The position numbers were made by a program, and so were the translations under genes. 64,000 nt of DNA from the NCBI RefSeq assembly GCF_009914755.1, contig NC_060936.1. One strand, given 5' to 3'. This document shows positions 10,872 through 26,950 of the stretch, one piece after another; the stretch's first letter is position 1, and each line of letters begins with the position of its first letter. The notes under the pieces are model-generated. The model searched no databases, was not told where the DNA came from, and saw only the letters and a list, made by a program, of their open reading frames with translations. This DNA comes from the human T2T-CHM13v2.0 reference genome, Homo sapiens.

Positions 10872-13289
10872 ATCCACATGATACTTACACTCAAAAAAGG
10901 TGGCAAAGGAAGTAAGCAGACCACAAGATGTCTTTAAGGAAATGACTAAGAAACCAGAAAGTAGAGATCAGGAACATTTAGTGATTTTTGGCCATCCCCT
11001 GACCTTCCTAAACATCATAACGTCACTGCATGCTGGGGGACTGACCTGCAAAGGGAGCTTGTCAACTTTGATGATCTAGAGAACACCTCATTGGGGCTCT
11101 CCTGGAACCAGCCCATGCAGAAATGATTCAGCCATTTCTGAGAATGTGTCCCCTGCAGCAAACCAGCTGTGTTGCATCCAAAAGTTTTCTGCAGATGTGT
11201 CTCCTTTGGAAAGTAATTTTTAAAATATAGTTTTTGATGGGCCAAGAGGTGTTTAAGAAACTGACTTAATCATATGAGGCCCATTGCAGTGTGAAGAGAT
11301 GGACCACATCTGGTGAGAGAGTAAAAGGTTATAAAAAGGTTGAATGTATATCAAGAAAGAGAAAATAAATATTAAGCTAATCTAAGTTTAAATCTCATGC
11401 CTAACCTGGCACACTACAAAGTGAAAGCCACTCTTCCTAGGGAGTTGAGAGCCCTAACATGGCAGAAGACAGGGAGTAAACCAGTCCATAATAATTCATC
11501 TGACTGCACCAATGATGCCTGGCATATTTATATACTAAGTAGTGAGTGAATGGATCCACAGATGGTCCACACTACCCAGGTAAAATTAGCCTCTTAGTAG
11601 AAAGTGAAGGCCAATCTTTTTTTCCAGGTGGTAGGGTAAATGTTACAAAAATTACACCAGCAGGAAGATTCCACACCAAATATACAACTTATTTCTTTTG
11701 ATATTAACAAATAAGGCTACATTTAAGCTCTCATAGCTTAGTTATATACGTAATCATAAGACAAGGGCTTCTCTCAGACCTGCTTACTCAGGGGAAAACT
11801 TTATGAGAAAGCATAAAGGGTCTTTACTAACATTTTTTTTCCAAATCTTTTTACTAGGCCCACTTTATATAAAATGAGTCCATGGCAATCAGTCAAATTG
11901 ATTCTTGGAAAAGATACTGTGCTTCCAAAAGCTGGACCTGCCTCCAAAATATTTGTTTAATATTTTCTACAATCATTTTCACCTTCTCATTTCTAAATCT
12001 CACAAATTGGGAGAGAAAATACGTGAACTCTTTTCCATCCCCTTCTGCATCCCCACCTCTCCTATACACACATATATTTGGGGGAAAACAGTTAAATAAA
12101 TACAGGGTAAAGAAATTCTCTTTGTTGTAAATAAAACAGAGTGTTTTAACCCCTGCCTATCATTTTTACCTGCTCCTACTGAGTCATCAGAGTTTTCAAG
12201 GCTGGAGTATTGAGAGAAGAGGCAGAGGAAGTGGAAAGGACCCAGAAGCAGTGACAAGTTCACCCTCCAAGCAGTGACCAGTGTCACTTACAGACCTGCA
12301 AATAGATACTATGGTCCATAAGTCACAATCCCTGTCACCATGGAAGTTTCATTCTAAAGGGAGAAAAGCTACGACATAGACAATAATCAAGTAAATATAA
12401 AATCGGGAATGTTATGAAACAAATGAAGCCTGATGGATAATCACGGCTGTCATGTGTACTGGGTGTGAAGAGCTGCTTTAGACAGAATACTCCTCAAGGT
12501 GGAATGAGAAGGAGCTGGCCATAGAAATAGTAGAGAAGCATTTCCTGGGGGAAACCAACCAGCACAATTGGTCCTGAGGTCGAAAGAGTGTGAGGGGCAA
12601 CGAAGGATTTTGAGCAGAGACCCATAGTGACCGATCTCCTTTCTGCAAAGATTGTGCTGACTGACTTATGAAAAACAGCTGCCAGAGCCAAACCAAAGGG
12701 TAGGGCTCGTTGCAGGCATCTTGGTAAGAAAAGTGGGCAGCTGGGACCAGGATGGGACAGAGGACAAGGAGAGGAGTGACAAGATGTGACTTGCTGATGG
12801 AGTGGGCATGAAGATGTCCAAGAAAAAGGAATAATCAACAATGGCTCCAAAGTTCCAACCTTGAGCATTTGGGAGGTGATATGTACAAAGATAAGTAAAA
12901 CCAGAGACTAAGAAACAGATTTGGAGGGAAGGATAGGGTAATTAAAATCTGGAATTCCATTTAATGCTCTTTCTGTGAATTGGCTCTGTGCATTTACTGT
13001 CAGAAATGTCCATGAGTAGAAATTCACCCATGAATAACCTTATCGCTGATCCTGTTTGAGCCATGAAATATCTACTTTATAAAATGAGGATGTTACAAAG
13101 CTAAATACAGCAATTATTCTTTTAAACCTGGTGCAACAGTGACCACATGGGGACTACAATGGGTTTCACTTAATGCAAGTACATCCCAAGGTTCTCAAAG
13201 GAAAGTACTGAGACATATGGAAGTCTCATTAATTTATTATCCAGAAATGTGTTGTTGAATGCAGTAGTGCTAAAAGTAAGGGTAGAGGT

Positions 13290-13725
13290 TTCCACAGAAT
13301 CAAGTTAGGTGCCCATCAACAGTGAATTGGATAAAGAAAATATGGTATATATATACCATGGAATACTATACAGCCATAAAAAAGAACAGAATCATGTCCT
13401 TTGCAGCAACATGGGTGTATCTGGAGGCCATTATCCTAAGTGAATTAACACAGAAACAGAAAACCAAGTATCACATTTTCTCACCTTTATAGGAGAGTTA
13501 AACATTATGTACACAAAGACATAAAGATGGGAAAGATAGACACTGGGTACTCCAAAAAGGGGAAGAAAAGGAGGAAGATAGGGGTTGAAAAACTACTTAT
13601 TTGGTACTATGTTCACTATTTGGGTGATGAGTCCAATAAAAGCCCAAACCTTAGCATTATGCAATATATCTATGTAACAAACCTGCACATGTATCCCCTG
13701 AATCTACTATTTAAAAAAAAGAAAA
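13290..13725 (+). mobile_element. 5'-truncated L1PB/L1PA16-like 3' end
   Basis: Typical L1 3'UTR (gaatacta..cagccataaaaaagaac..atcatgtcctttgcagcaacatgg; gtaacaaacctgcacatgtatcccctgaatcta), A tail, and TSD-like aagggtagaggt / aagagtagaggt. Confidence 0.85.
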
Positions 13726-14107
13726 AGAGTAGAGGTCTAAAATTAGTAACACAGCTTCTTCCCCACAAAATGCTTTCTCTAAATGTTTAGCAAATGATTG
13801 TTGCTCCTGTTCATGAATCTTGGCCTAGTTTAAGAGTCTGTGAGTATCAAAACAAATAATTTGACAAAGCACTCAATCTGGAAAGTTACTATTGCCTTGT
13901 TAGAGTAAAGCCCGTCATATTTTGAGATGAGATTCTTCCTATATTCTTTGGATTTCTGTGCCATTGGTGTTGGGAAGATTCCTAGAGGTTATACATGGTT
14001 TTACTTAGTTTAAGAACTTGTCTAGAGAAAAAAATTATTAATTGTACTACTGTCTCAGGGGTATGAAAGATTACTAATAGAAAGCTACCCACGGCTTTTC
14101 ATCCATA

Positions 14108-14200
14108 TCAGCTGTTCCATTGCATTGATAGTTTAATGTTTTATATGAAATAGTCAGCTGTTCCATTGCATTGATAGTTTAATGTTTTATATGAAATAGT
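14108..14200. repeat. Perfect 46-bp tandem duplication
   Basis: tcagctgttccattgcattgatagtttaatgttttatatgaaatag occurs twice (14108-14153 and 14154-14199). Confidence 0.95.
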
Positions 14201-14671
14201 ATATGGAGTAACAGATATTACCTGAATTTAGTTGTCCCCTGAAGCATCAATCAACCAATCTTCAAAGATTTGAAGTGATGGGATAAATACTTTGTTCTAG
14301 AGTATCTCTAGAGAATGAGATTTCCCAATCAGATCAATTCAATAAACATTAAGAGAATGTGTATCACGCACCAGAAACTGTGCTAGAGGCCAGTTAATAG
14401 CACAATCATGGTGTTTTTGCAAACTGCCTCAAACTGTCACTTCTATTTTTTTCTAAACAGCAAGTAATATATATAGGGCACTTACTGTGTGCCAGTGTTT
14501 TAAAGGTGTCACCTGTTAAGTGGTTTCAGGGAATAACTCAGAGCCAGTTATTTTGCTCACAGATTTTTTCACATGTAAGCAACAGGATGACCAATTTGTT
14601 TCAGTTGGCCTGAGACTACTTCCACTTTTTTTACTGAGGTGAAATTTGCATAACATAAAATTAACCATTAT

Positions 14672-14977
<306 letters not shown>

Positions 14978-15217
14978 TTAAAGGGAATTATTTATTGGCA
15001 TTTAGTACATTCACAATGTTGGGCAACCATAAACTCTCTCTAGTACCAAAATATTTTTATCACCTCAAAAGAAATTCCCTACCCTGATAAGCAGCAACTC
15101 CCTGTTCCTACCTCCCCCAGCCACCAGCAACCCCCAATCTGCTTTCTTTTTCTATGCATTTACTTTTTCTGGATAACTCACATAAATGAAATCATACTGA
15201 CCTCTGTGTCTGCTTTC

Positions 15218-15459
15218 TTTCACTTAATGCAAGCACGTTGCAAGGTTCTCAAAGGAAAGTACTGATACACATGGAAGGCTCATTAATTTATTATCCAGGA
15301 ATGTGCTGTTGAATGCAGCAGTGCTAAAAATAAGTATAGAGGTCTCCATGGAATCAACTTAGGTACCCATCAACAGTGAATTGGAAAAAGAAAATATGGC
15401 ACATATACACCATGGAATACTATAAAGCCATATAAAAGAACAAAATCATGTCCTTTGCA
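15218..15459 (+). repeat. 242-bp direct copy of 13164-13405
   Basis: Ungapped manual alignment at offset 2054 with about 25 mismatches (about 90% identity). Confidence 0.92.
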
Positions 15460-17800
15460 CAATGTATTTGAGGTTCATCAACATCGTAACATATATCAAT
15501 GCTCCATTCCATTTTACAGCTAAGCAACATTCCCTGGCATGTATATACCACACCCTGCTTATTCATTGTCCATGGGTGGACAATGTCATTTCCACCTTTT
15601 GTCCATCATAAACAGTGCTTCTAAGAACACTCATGTACAAGTATTTGGGTACTTGTTTTTCAGTTCTTTTGGGTATATTCTTAAAAGTGGAAGTTTTGAG
15701 TCTTATTGTAATTTCATGTTTAACTTTTTGAGGAACCAACTACCAAATTCTTTTTCACAGTGACTGCCCTCTTTAACATTGCCACCAGTAATGTATAAGG
15801 GTTCCAATTTTTCCACATCCTTGTGAACACTCGTTCCCCCCACCCCCCTTTTTTTTAAAATTATAGCCATCCTAGTGAGTTGAAGTGCTATCTCTTTGTG
15901 GTTTTGAGTTTCATTTTCTTAATGCCTAGTGATATTGAGCATCTTTTCAGGTGCTAATGGACCATTTGTCTATCTGCTTTGGAGAAATGTCCTTAAGGAG
16001 TACTTTGCACATGTTTTAATAGGGTCTAAGGTTGCTGTGGGAATTCAACACAAAGCATTTAGAACAGTGCTGGGCACAAATATTAACCATATTTCCAAGA
16101 AAAAAAAAAGTTAAAATGTACATGTTATTTTCTGAACTCTAACTCTTTTATACAAAAGTTACTGTTTTTTAAAGCATTAGCTGCTATGGTTTCCAATCTT
16201 AGCAGGGGCAGTATATTTACCTGGACATGGAAAGTTCGTGGATTTAGAGGGTTTTGATCCTTTCATACACTGGCCACTGGTTTACACTCGAACTTATTAA
16301 GACAATGACTCAGAACCGCCACCCTCCAACTTCCTGGTTGCTTCTATAAGTGACTTACTTCTCTGTGTCCAGCTCATAAGGAACAGATGTTCAAATGAGA
16401 AAAATAACACCATAACAATTTCCCCTAATTAGTACCTTTGTGAGCAAACCGAACAAGAAGATTGAACAATCCGAGAAACTAAATTACCCTCTCATCTGTG
16501 GGCGACCCTTCCAGTGCAGCAGGATGAGTCATGAGAGAGCAGAGATGGGACCTGTGCCTTTGCTGTGAATAAATGGGGCTCTCAATCTTCAAGTCTTTTA
16601 AGGCTATAAATCTGACAACTTTTAAGAGCACTTTAAGCTTTCTCTATTTTTTTAAAAGCTGATGTTTTCATACCATCTTTCTTCTTACTCTTTTCCTTTT
16701 CCTCTTTACACAAAGTGAGATAACTACACTTTTTATACAAAGACACAGCAATTCTGTGATTTTTTTATGAGTGTCTATCAGGGGCAGCATAAACATATTT
16801 CCAAGTTAACAGCTAACATGATAAACTTTAGGGCAAAAAAGAAAGGTGAGAGGAAGGAAAGAGAGACTTCTTCTTTTACCACAAGAAGTTCCCAGGCAAA
16901 ATCAAACAATACCAAATGATTTGGGTTGTTCTAACATGAAATCTAACATTCATTTGAGAATACTATTTTGTTCTGACTTACCATTCGGCATCCCCTGACA
17001 GGTGAACTTTAATATCATGAGAACAAGCTCTAGCATCTTCACTATTTTATTTGTATGCTATGATTTCAATATGATTCACCCTTGTCAATTTGAAGCCCAG
17101 GGGCCCAAAGTAAATGTACTGTGTCACCGAACTACAACGTTTCTCTCTCTGTCATTAAGAACAATTTATTCTTGAAATAAATTTATTCGAATCCAACTTG
17201 AAATCTACAGCCTTTATCACAGATTCTTGGAACTGAAAGAAAACTTAAGGGGCCCACTAGTCTAAGCCAGACCACCCTTAGAATCCACTGGGTAGAGGGA
17301 TTTCAAGCCCAGTCTTAGGATTCTCTAAGGAAGAAAATTTTATCAAATCTTCCAATAACTTCTTCTGTAGCTTTCACTATACAAGGTGTGTCCACACAAT
17401 AATGAAACATATTCCCATGAATCAGTCTTGAAACTCTCATTTCATAGTTACATTTTACAAAGGGAATTTCCTAGGTTATCCGACTAATATCTTACTTTTC
17501 ACATAATTGTATACAAGTTGTTAAAATGAATATGTTAATTATTTCACTGTCTTTTAATTAACCTCTTTCTTATTTTCGTACTTTCTTTCCTTGAGTGCAT
17601 TTTAACAGATAATGTAAACTTTCCCCCAAAAAAATTATTTTAAGAAATTTCTGTCTTATACACCCTTAGTGGGAATTTTTAAAAAAGAAATTTATTGTCA
17701 AATTTATCATCTCTTTGCTAATCCTTGATCATCATAGTCTGCAATGTCCTAAAAAGGCCCATATTCATTCTCTGATATAGAAAAACAAAACAAAAAAACA

Positions 17801-18090
<290 letters not shown>

Positions 18091-18149
18091 TTAAAAATAT
18101 TTAATATTTAATAATTATTTCAATTTATTTTTAAATAAAATTTAAAAAT

Positions 18150-18312
18150 CCAGGTGTGCTGGCCTGCACCTGTGGTCCCAGCTAAGCTACTCAGGAGGGT
18201 CAGGTGGGAGGATTGCTTGAGCCTGGGAGGTTAATACTGCAGTGAGCCATGATCATGCCACTACACTCCAGCTTGGGTGACAGAATGAGATCCTGTCTCA
18301 AAAATTAAAAAA
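18150..18312 (+). mobile_element. AluJ right monomer/FRAM-like
   Basis: gaggattgcttgagcctgggagg...gatcatgccactacactccagc. Confidence 0.8.
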
Positions 18313-19128
18313 AACTTTAAATTAAAAAAATATTTTAAAACACACAGACACACACAAGTGCTTGGTCCAAGGTCATAGCTAGCTGGAATATTTTTGCTGC
18401 AGGAACACTAACTGAACCAATCCCTTTTGGAATTATGTACAAATACAAGTTTATGAAAGTCTGTCTGTTTTGTAGCTTGTTAGGTAAACATTCCTTTTCT
18501 TTAAAGACTCATAAATGTGTTTAGTTCACAAACAATGTTTACCTTCCTGAGTTTCTTTCATATACTCCTAAAGAGTACACGATGTGGTTTTTGATAGGTA
18601 TTTATAACCAGGCAGGCACTGTCTTCAAGAATGGGAATACAAAGATGAATAAAACTAGGTCTGTACCTGGTGAAGGCCGCCATCTTTCGGGAGCCACCAA
18701 CACGTAACATATTATTTCTGGACAAGTGGCAAGTGCCACGAGGAAGATCTCTCTACAGGGCTGTGGAGGCCAGGGGAATGAAAAGTCAGGGAAGACTTCC
18801 CAAAAGAGTTGCAACATTTTTTTAGTTATATGATTATATTATAAAATTTTTAATTTAGTTTTTAAGGAAATATTTTGCATAAAAGACATTTTTTAAAATA
18901 ATGTTTATGGCAGAGAATCTTGGAGGGCATGTTAGAGAATAGCAGGGAGAAGGAGGCAAAGTATTTGTCAATTGTGTCACTGAAAAAGGGAAAAGCTTTC
19001 CTCTTTAGAATATGTATGCAGATTAGGTGCACACTCACAGGTTGGCTCCAACTCTGCTTACTGTTTGTTCCCAAACCAGACTAGGCATCATTATCACATG
19101 GACAGCTTTCAACAGACAACCTACCTGA

Positions 19129-19474
<346 letters not shown>

Positions 19475-19956
19475 TGGATATATTTCTAATACAAAATCCC
19501 CAGATGATTGTTTCTTAATGAAACCTTACCTCTGCTTGAACCAGTATTTAGGAATCACCATCTAAAGCAATGACTTGAATTTTGGTGCAGTTTAGAATAA
19601 GTAGGGTCTCTGAGTTCTGTGTCTGGAGCCATTTTTCTACGAGATTCTGACTCTCACCTACTGTAAGAAGCCCTGATCAAGACAGAATGTGATTAATTTA
19701 AGTTTGAGCTCTTTTTAGGTGCCATCTACATGTATGAGGAACTGGAGTTTCTAGACAAAATAGTAATATAAACAAAGCACTCTGATATTTGTTGCAAGTT
19801 TTGAAACACAGCAGACATTGTCAGTCCCCCACCTTTACTTTCTGGCTTTCAATGTGCTTGAGCCTCTTCCAACTGCCAGTATTTGCATCTCCAGCCTGAG
19901 GACTTTTCCCAGAACTGAGGACCAATCTCACCATGTACCTAAGAAAATGGAAATGG

Positions 19957-20259
19957 AGCTGAGTGTAGTGGCTCACACCTGCAATCCCAGCACTTTGGGA
20001 GGCCGAGGTGGGAGAGTCGCTTGAGCGTAGGAGTTGGACACCAGCCTGGGCAATATAGTGAGACATAATCTCTACAAAACATAAAAAACCATCCAGGCTT
20101 GGTTGCACGCACTTGGGGTTCCAGCTACTTGGGTGACTGAGGGTTGCTTGATCACCCAGGAGTTTGAGGCTGCAGTGAGCTATGATCATGCCACTGTGCT
20201 GCAGCCTAGGTGACAGAGCAAGATGCCATCTCAAAAAAAAAAGAAAAAAAAAAAAAAGA
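19957..20259 (+). mobile_element. AluJ
   Basis: Alu dimer, A tail, TSD-like aagaaaatggaaatgg / aagaaatgcaagtgg. Confidence 0.9.
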
Positions 20260-20487
20260 AATGCAAGTGGCAGGGAATGAGCAACCTTCAAAAGCAGCCC
20301 CCAACCAATGCTTCTCAGGGGTTCATGTATAAATGTCCCAGCTCCCTTGCCTCCTGGCAGGGTAATTCTGAGAAATGTGTTTGCACTCTTTCCTAGAGCT
20401 TCCTCATGGGAGTAAGCCCCAGTCACTTACTATGGCAGCTGGCTTCTTAATGCACCTTTTGTTGGCTGCCTTCCCTTGCCTCTGTAA

Positions 20488-21112
<625 letters not shown>

Positions 21113-21556
21113 GTTCTTGTACTCAAATCCTTATCTCAGGGTCTACTTCTGAAGGGGCCCAAATCCAGAGGATATGGCCCATTAGATATAATAGTATCAT
21201 TAAGTTCAAATAGCATTTTATAAGTACTTCCCCTCAAAAATAAAACTACAATGCAGACATAATAAATAAAACAGATAAGCCAATTTGACACCTATGTTTT
21301 ATAAGATATGTTGAAAATAGACATTTGTTCAATTGCATGATTTTTATTCCAGAAGCAGTAGCTGATTTGCACACACTTGGAGGAAAACCACAATTAGGAC
21401 TGTCAGGAAGGAAGGACAAGTTAGTCATCATTCTAGGTATAAGGCCAGATAGTGGGACAGATGGACTGAGGTTTCTACTTCCTAGTAACAAAAATAAATA
21501 AATTTATTTAAACCTATGGTCAGTGGGTCAGGTGGAAACCTGAAAGGCGGTGCTAG

Positions 21557-22033
<477 letters not shown>

Positions 22034-25000
22034 AATCATGAAGTTGTCATGATCCACCTGTTCTATTAATAGTCAACCTGGCTGCAACAAGGAGACCAAG
22101 GACTAGGCATAGATCAAGACTCATTCTCCCGATGCCTTGTAAAATTGTACTCATATGTAAGAGATCAGGAAAAGTATTGCCTAGAAAGGTGGTCCTTCAT
22201 TGGGCTTTACAGATGCACACAGGTTTGCACACACAAACAGTTTTAAGGGATTCAGTTTCCAGATCTTCAACTTCAAAATATGCTTTCTAAAAACTGAGTT
22301 GCCTGAGAATGAGACCACCTCTCCCCAGTCCCTCTCCCACTTTACAGAAGTAAGGCACGTCTTCTCACATAAGTCAATTCTTACTACTGGGCATTTTTCT
22401 GTGGTGTAAAAGGCTCCAAGACCCCAAATGAAGGCATACAAGGGAAAGATGGGTTTGGGAAAAGATTCCTTTCATGAACACGCAGGGCTCCTACCTTCCC
22501 CTGTTTGACACCTGCATCCATTAAGGTGGAGCTTGGCATTAAAAAGGAAGGTATTTGAGCTTATTTTGTAATTTTTCTATATTCAAAACAACTGGAAAAT
22601 ATAGATTCATGACAATCATTCTTTTAATTCTAACTGGAGTGCTTTACACTACCCAAAATTTTTAGATACTTTAGAAAACCCCCAGGCTACAAATCTTGCA
22701 TGCCTTCTTTGCTATAACACCTCAGTGTGCTGTATTTCATAAGGTAGTTAAAATGTACTTAAACCATATTGTAAAATATTTATCCAATGACAGTCTTCAT
22801 CTTATTTCATTTTATAAGAAGTTCAATATTTTCTGCATCCTAGTAACAAAAATAAATCAATTTATTTAAACTTATGATTAAAACACTTCTAGAAGTCAAC
22901 TTAAAAATGACTGAAAAGCTGCACAGTTTGTTTAAGTTTCCTTAGTGGGCACATGAGCAAAGAAGTTTGGCACTGAGGTGGGGCTGCTCTCATAGCCCTC
23001 ATCTGCAGAGTCTGCCCATTCGCAGGGCATATAAACACTCTTTTAGAATACCCAAAAGCACAGGAGAGAAAAAAAATCACTTTATCACTTTGAATAATTA
23101 AGTTGTTATTTAGCAACCCTAAGTAATGGATAAAAAAAAGTTTGTGGAAAAAAACCTAGAAGACAATAGTCTTAATGCATTGTGATATTCAAATATATAT
23201 ATCTGAATATTGACCTTTGTCATTTCATTTAAGAAAACCATAAACCAGGGGAAAAAAGAAAAACCTCTGAGTTCTATAGTCACTAATCCTCAGCCAAGAA
23301 TGTATCTCATTGCTTTGTTTCCCCATGAGTATCCAAAAGTGAGCTTTTCTTAGATTCTATGATCTAAATGTGCCTGATGTAAGCTGTACTATGGAGTCAT
23401 ACCAGATAGTAAATATCTATATTATTAATAGTATCAAAGCAATAAATGTGTTCCTGACATAGGCTAACCCTGGATATTTATGAGGCACCTGCACAATCTT
23501 TTAAGAGTTCATGTTGGCAGAATATGTTGAATTGTTTCTTCTAAAAGCATCTACTAAAAACAGTCCTCTTTTTATTCTTTATTAGGAATTCCAGAAGTTA
23601 TAGTCTCCTATAAAATCAAAATCATGTGGGAGTAAAATTTATCTTCTTCCAGAAAGTTCCTCCCAGCATTAAAGATGTTGTATTTGTAGAACTTCAAACT
23701 GTGGTGGCAGCAACCATCTATGCTGGATTCCAATAGAATTCTCAATTTCAAGGTATCTTGTTTTGGCAACTTGATGACTACATTCAGCCAGATTGGAAAT
23801 GGTGAAGGCAGATGAAATATCCTTGTTCAAGGAAAGAGAAAATATGTGTCTTTTTTTTTTTTCATCAAAAAGCAGACAATCTCAGGGGCAGCATTTTATC
23901 CAAATAACTGCAGACATTGCCTGACTTTTTTGGCATGTAAAGAATGGCAAGAAATAAACTCTGTTTTGGTGGAAAGAATCTATTCTTATTATGTTTTCTA
24001 GAAACCTGAGGAATAATCTATCCAACAGTTCATCTATTTGTGTGCCTGGGGAAATTTATTCAAAAAAATTCTTTTCTCTTGCAAATGTGTGAGGTAGTAT
24101 TGATTTAACCACCATTTCTTACATTTGAGGCATAAAATCAAATGATTGCCTATATGCATGAAGAGTAACAAAAGCCTTAGAAAATGATTCCTGCTAAATT
24201 ACTTGAAAAAAGCCAAAGGGACCACATTTTAGAGAACAAAGAAAGGGGAATAAAAATGATTAAAGATTTTGGTGATGAAAGGAGCTATGCATGTTTGATC
24301 CAGAGGAAGACACTTAAATGACAATTATGAAGGGGGACAGCCATCGGTTTTCTTGTTATTCAATGATTAGACACAGTGCAGTAGACTAAAGAATGCCCCC
24401 GCGACATGGGCACGGTGGAGGGCAGTTCCCATTACCGCAGCTTCCACAAGCCCTCCACTCGGCAGAAGCAGATGAAGGGCTGTGCTTGCTCCTCCCTTGA
24501 CTATTTCCTCTCTTTGTTTTCCTTCTCTCCCTCCCTTATTGGTTGCATTCACATTGCCCGTTGCACAGTATTCATTATACTCCTGAGCCCGCTCGGTTCT
24601 ATTTACTGAGGAGCCTCCATTCATTGTGGGTGTAAACAGAATACATCCGATTTTGTCCAATAAATAACTGCCTCCAAATATTTCTGTGGATCTTCTCCTT
24701 TCCTCCTTGCTGATCAACTTCTTAAGAACGTTTTCAGCTGTTTTTTTGTTATTAAAACAGTCTAATGAGTGTTTAAGACATGGTAATATTTGTTTTAAAA
24801 ATTTCAGTGCCGCTGGATTCAAGCATTTATTCCTTTTCTGTCCTTGGCTCAGGCAAACTCACCGTAAGTGCATGTGTGTGGTGGACACAGAGGGAGGGTC
24901 CTAGGGAGGAGGTAGGTATTGATCTGCCCTCACAAGGCTCCTCTCTTTCCTCCCCCAGGTGTTGGCTCCTCCAGTGTTAGGGCAGTGAGGAGAAAGAAGA

Positions 25001-26332
25001 CACAGGCCAATGCCTCCTTACTTGGCTGGCAAGATGTGGTTCCCTCTGTTGTCGTTACTGTTGCTCTGTTACTGTGACCTAGAGACATGGCTTTGTTGCT
25101 GTTTTTGTGTCAGGGGCTCATGCACAGGTCTCCAGGAGAACACATGGGGTTATTTGTAGGGTCAACCTTCCCCGTGCAAGGCTTCTGGACTTGGGTGGTG
25201 GGCTTTGGCCAGACCACTCACCCGCTCTTAGGCCCTGCCACCAGGCACCAGCCCTGCAGCCTTTTTGTGCAGGGAACTCTTCTGGAAAGTAGCCTCGCCC
25301 CATCCTAGGGTGTCCACCCAACTCTCACATCCTTGCCACTCCTCAGGGTGGGAGCCTGGCTGCGTCTGGGCCACCTGCTCCCTCAACCTGCCTCTTTGCT
25401 GACCTTCTTCATTTATATCTCCATGTCCCAGCAGCAATGAGCACTCAGCAGGTCCATGGGTCATGACTTTCAAAGAGGAAGAGATCCTTTGTTTCTGACT
25501 CTGTGTGAAAGAGTCACCCACCCCCTCTGCAGACTACCTTGGCAATTATCTTAGGATCTCCCTTCCTTGTCCTGGAAGGTGAAAGTATTCTCAGCACTGG
25601 TAGCTCTCACTACACCGTGGGGAAAGGTGGCTGGCTCACCAGCTGGTGTCACTCCAAATGTAGAATGTGAGGTGCATGGTGCCTTTAATTCCCCATTAGG
25701 ACAGCAGGGAAAATCCCATTTGACATTCTGTTACACACAGACTGATCTGGGTAGGTGGCTGAGGCAGCTCCCTGGCCTTTGGCCACTTAAGAAAGAGTCC
25801 TGGCCTCTGGTCCTTGCCTCATTCAGTCCTCCTGACAGATATTTGGAACTCGTCAAGCAGCTTATTGGTCCTTGTCAGTCCCGGAACAGTACCTGGTACA
25901 TGGTACATTTCTTCTTGTAGTCACAAGATAAGAACCAAAATCTCATACTAACTCAGGTGCTCTAGTAATGAATATACAAGAGACTGAGGAGGAGAGACCC
26001 AGGGACAGAATGTCCACTGACAGTGCAGCTCCTCTTGCCATTTTCTCAAGGCATGAGCTGCATGTATCCCAGCTCATCTCCTCCCCCCCGCAACCCACAG
26101 CTGTCTCTGTAGATCATTTATTATATTCGTCAGAATATTCTGGGATTATTTCCTACCCCTCCCAACTCTGACAAAAGGAAGCATTTGGATTTCTCTGGTT
26201 CATGGTACCTTCCACACTTACCTTGAATATTTATGCTTTTCGTAAGTATTCAAAAGTAACAGCTTCCTTTCAATTTCATTGACTGTGTCAGATTATCCAA
26301 TTCTCAATGTCTCAAGGCAGAAAGCCTATTGA

Positions 26333-26707
<375 letters not shown>

Positions 26708-26870
26708 CAAAATGTGTATGTTGATGTAAGGCGAACCAGTGGCAAATCTCAGGCAACTACTCAAGACCCTGTGCTTGGGAACCACAAAAAAACACTGGTG
26801 TCTGTGTAGCGGCTTAGAAGATATCTATTGGCGGAAAAGTGACAGTTCAGTAATTGGTGGGGGAGGGATG

Positions 26871-26950
26871 ACATAAAAGTCTTGAACACATAACCAATCT
26901 GTAATTTCCAACATAAAAATCTTCAACACACAACCAATCTGTAATTGCTA
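26871..26950. repeat. 40-bp tandem duplication (5 mismatches)
   Basis: acataaaagtcttgaacacataaccaatctgtaatttcca / acataaaaatcttcaacacacaaccaatctgtaattgcta. Confidence 0.85.

Noticed and set aside
13527-13790. 87-aa ORF
   Set aside because: Lies in an L1 3'UTR remnant.
16200-16230. U1 snRNA-like 5' end (atatttacctgg)
   Set aside because: Similarity is only about 10 nt and does not continue.
19821-20426. 201-aa minus-strand ORF (longest in the track)
   Set aside because: Made of antisense Alu and LTR sequence (typical Alu-derived LSPRL...AHCSL peptide); no coding evidence.
24367-24822. 151-aa minus-strand ORF
   Set aside because: No recognisable domain or homology, and it starts at a non-ATG codon; within chance expectation.
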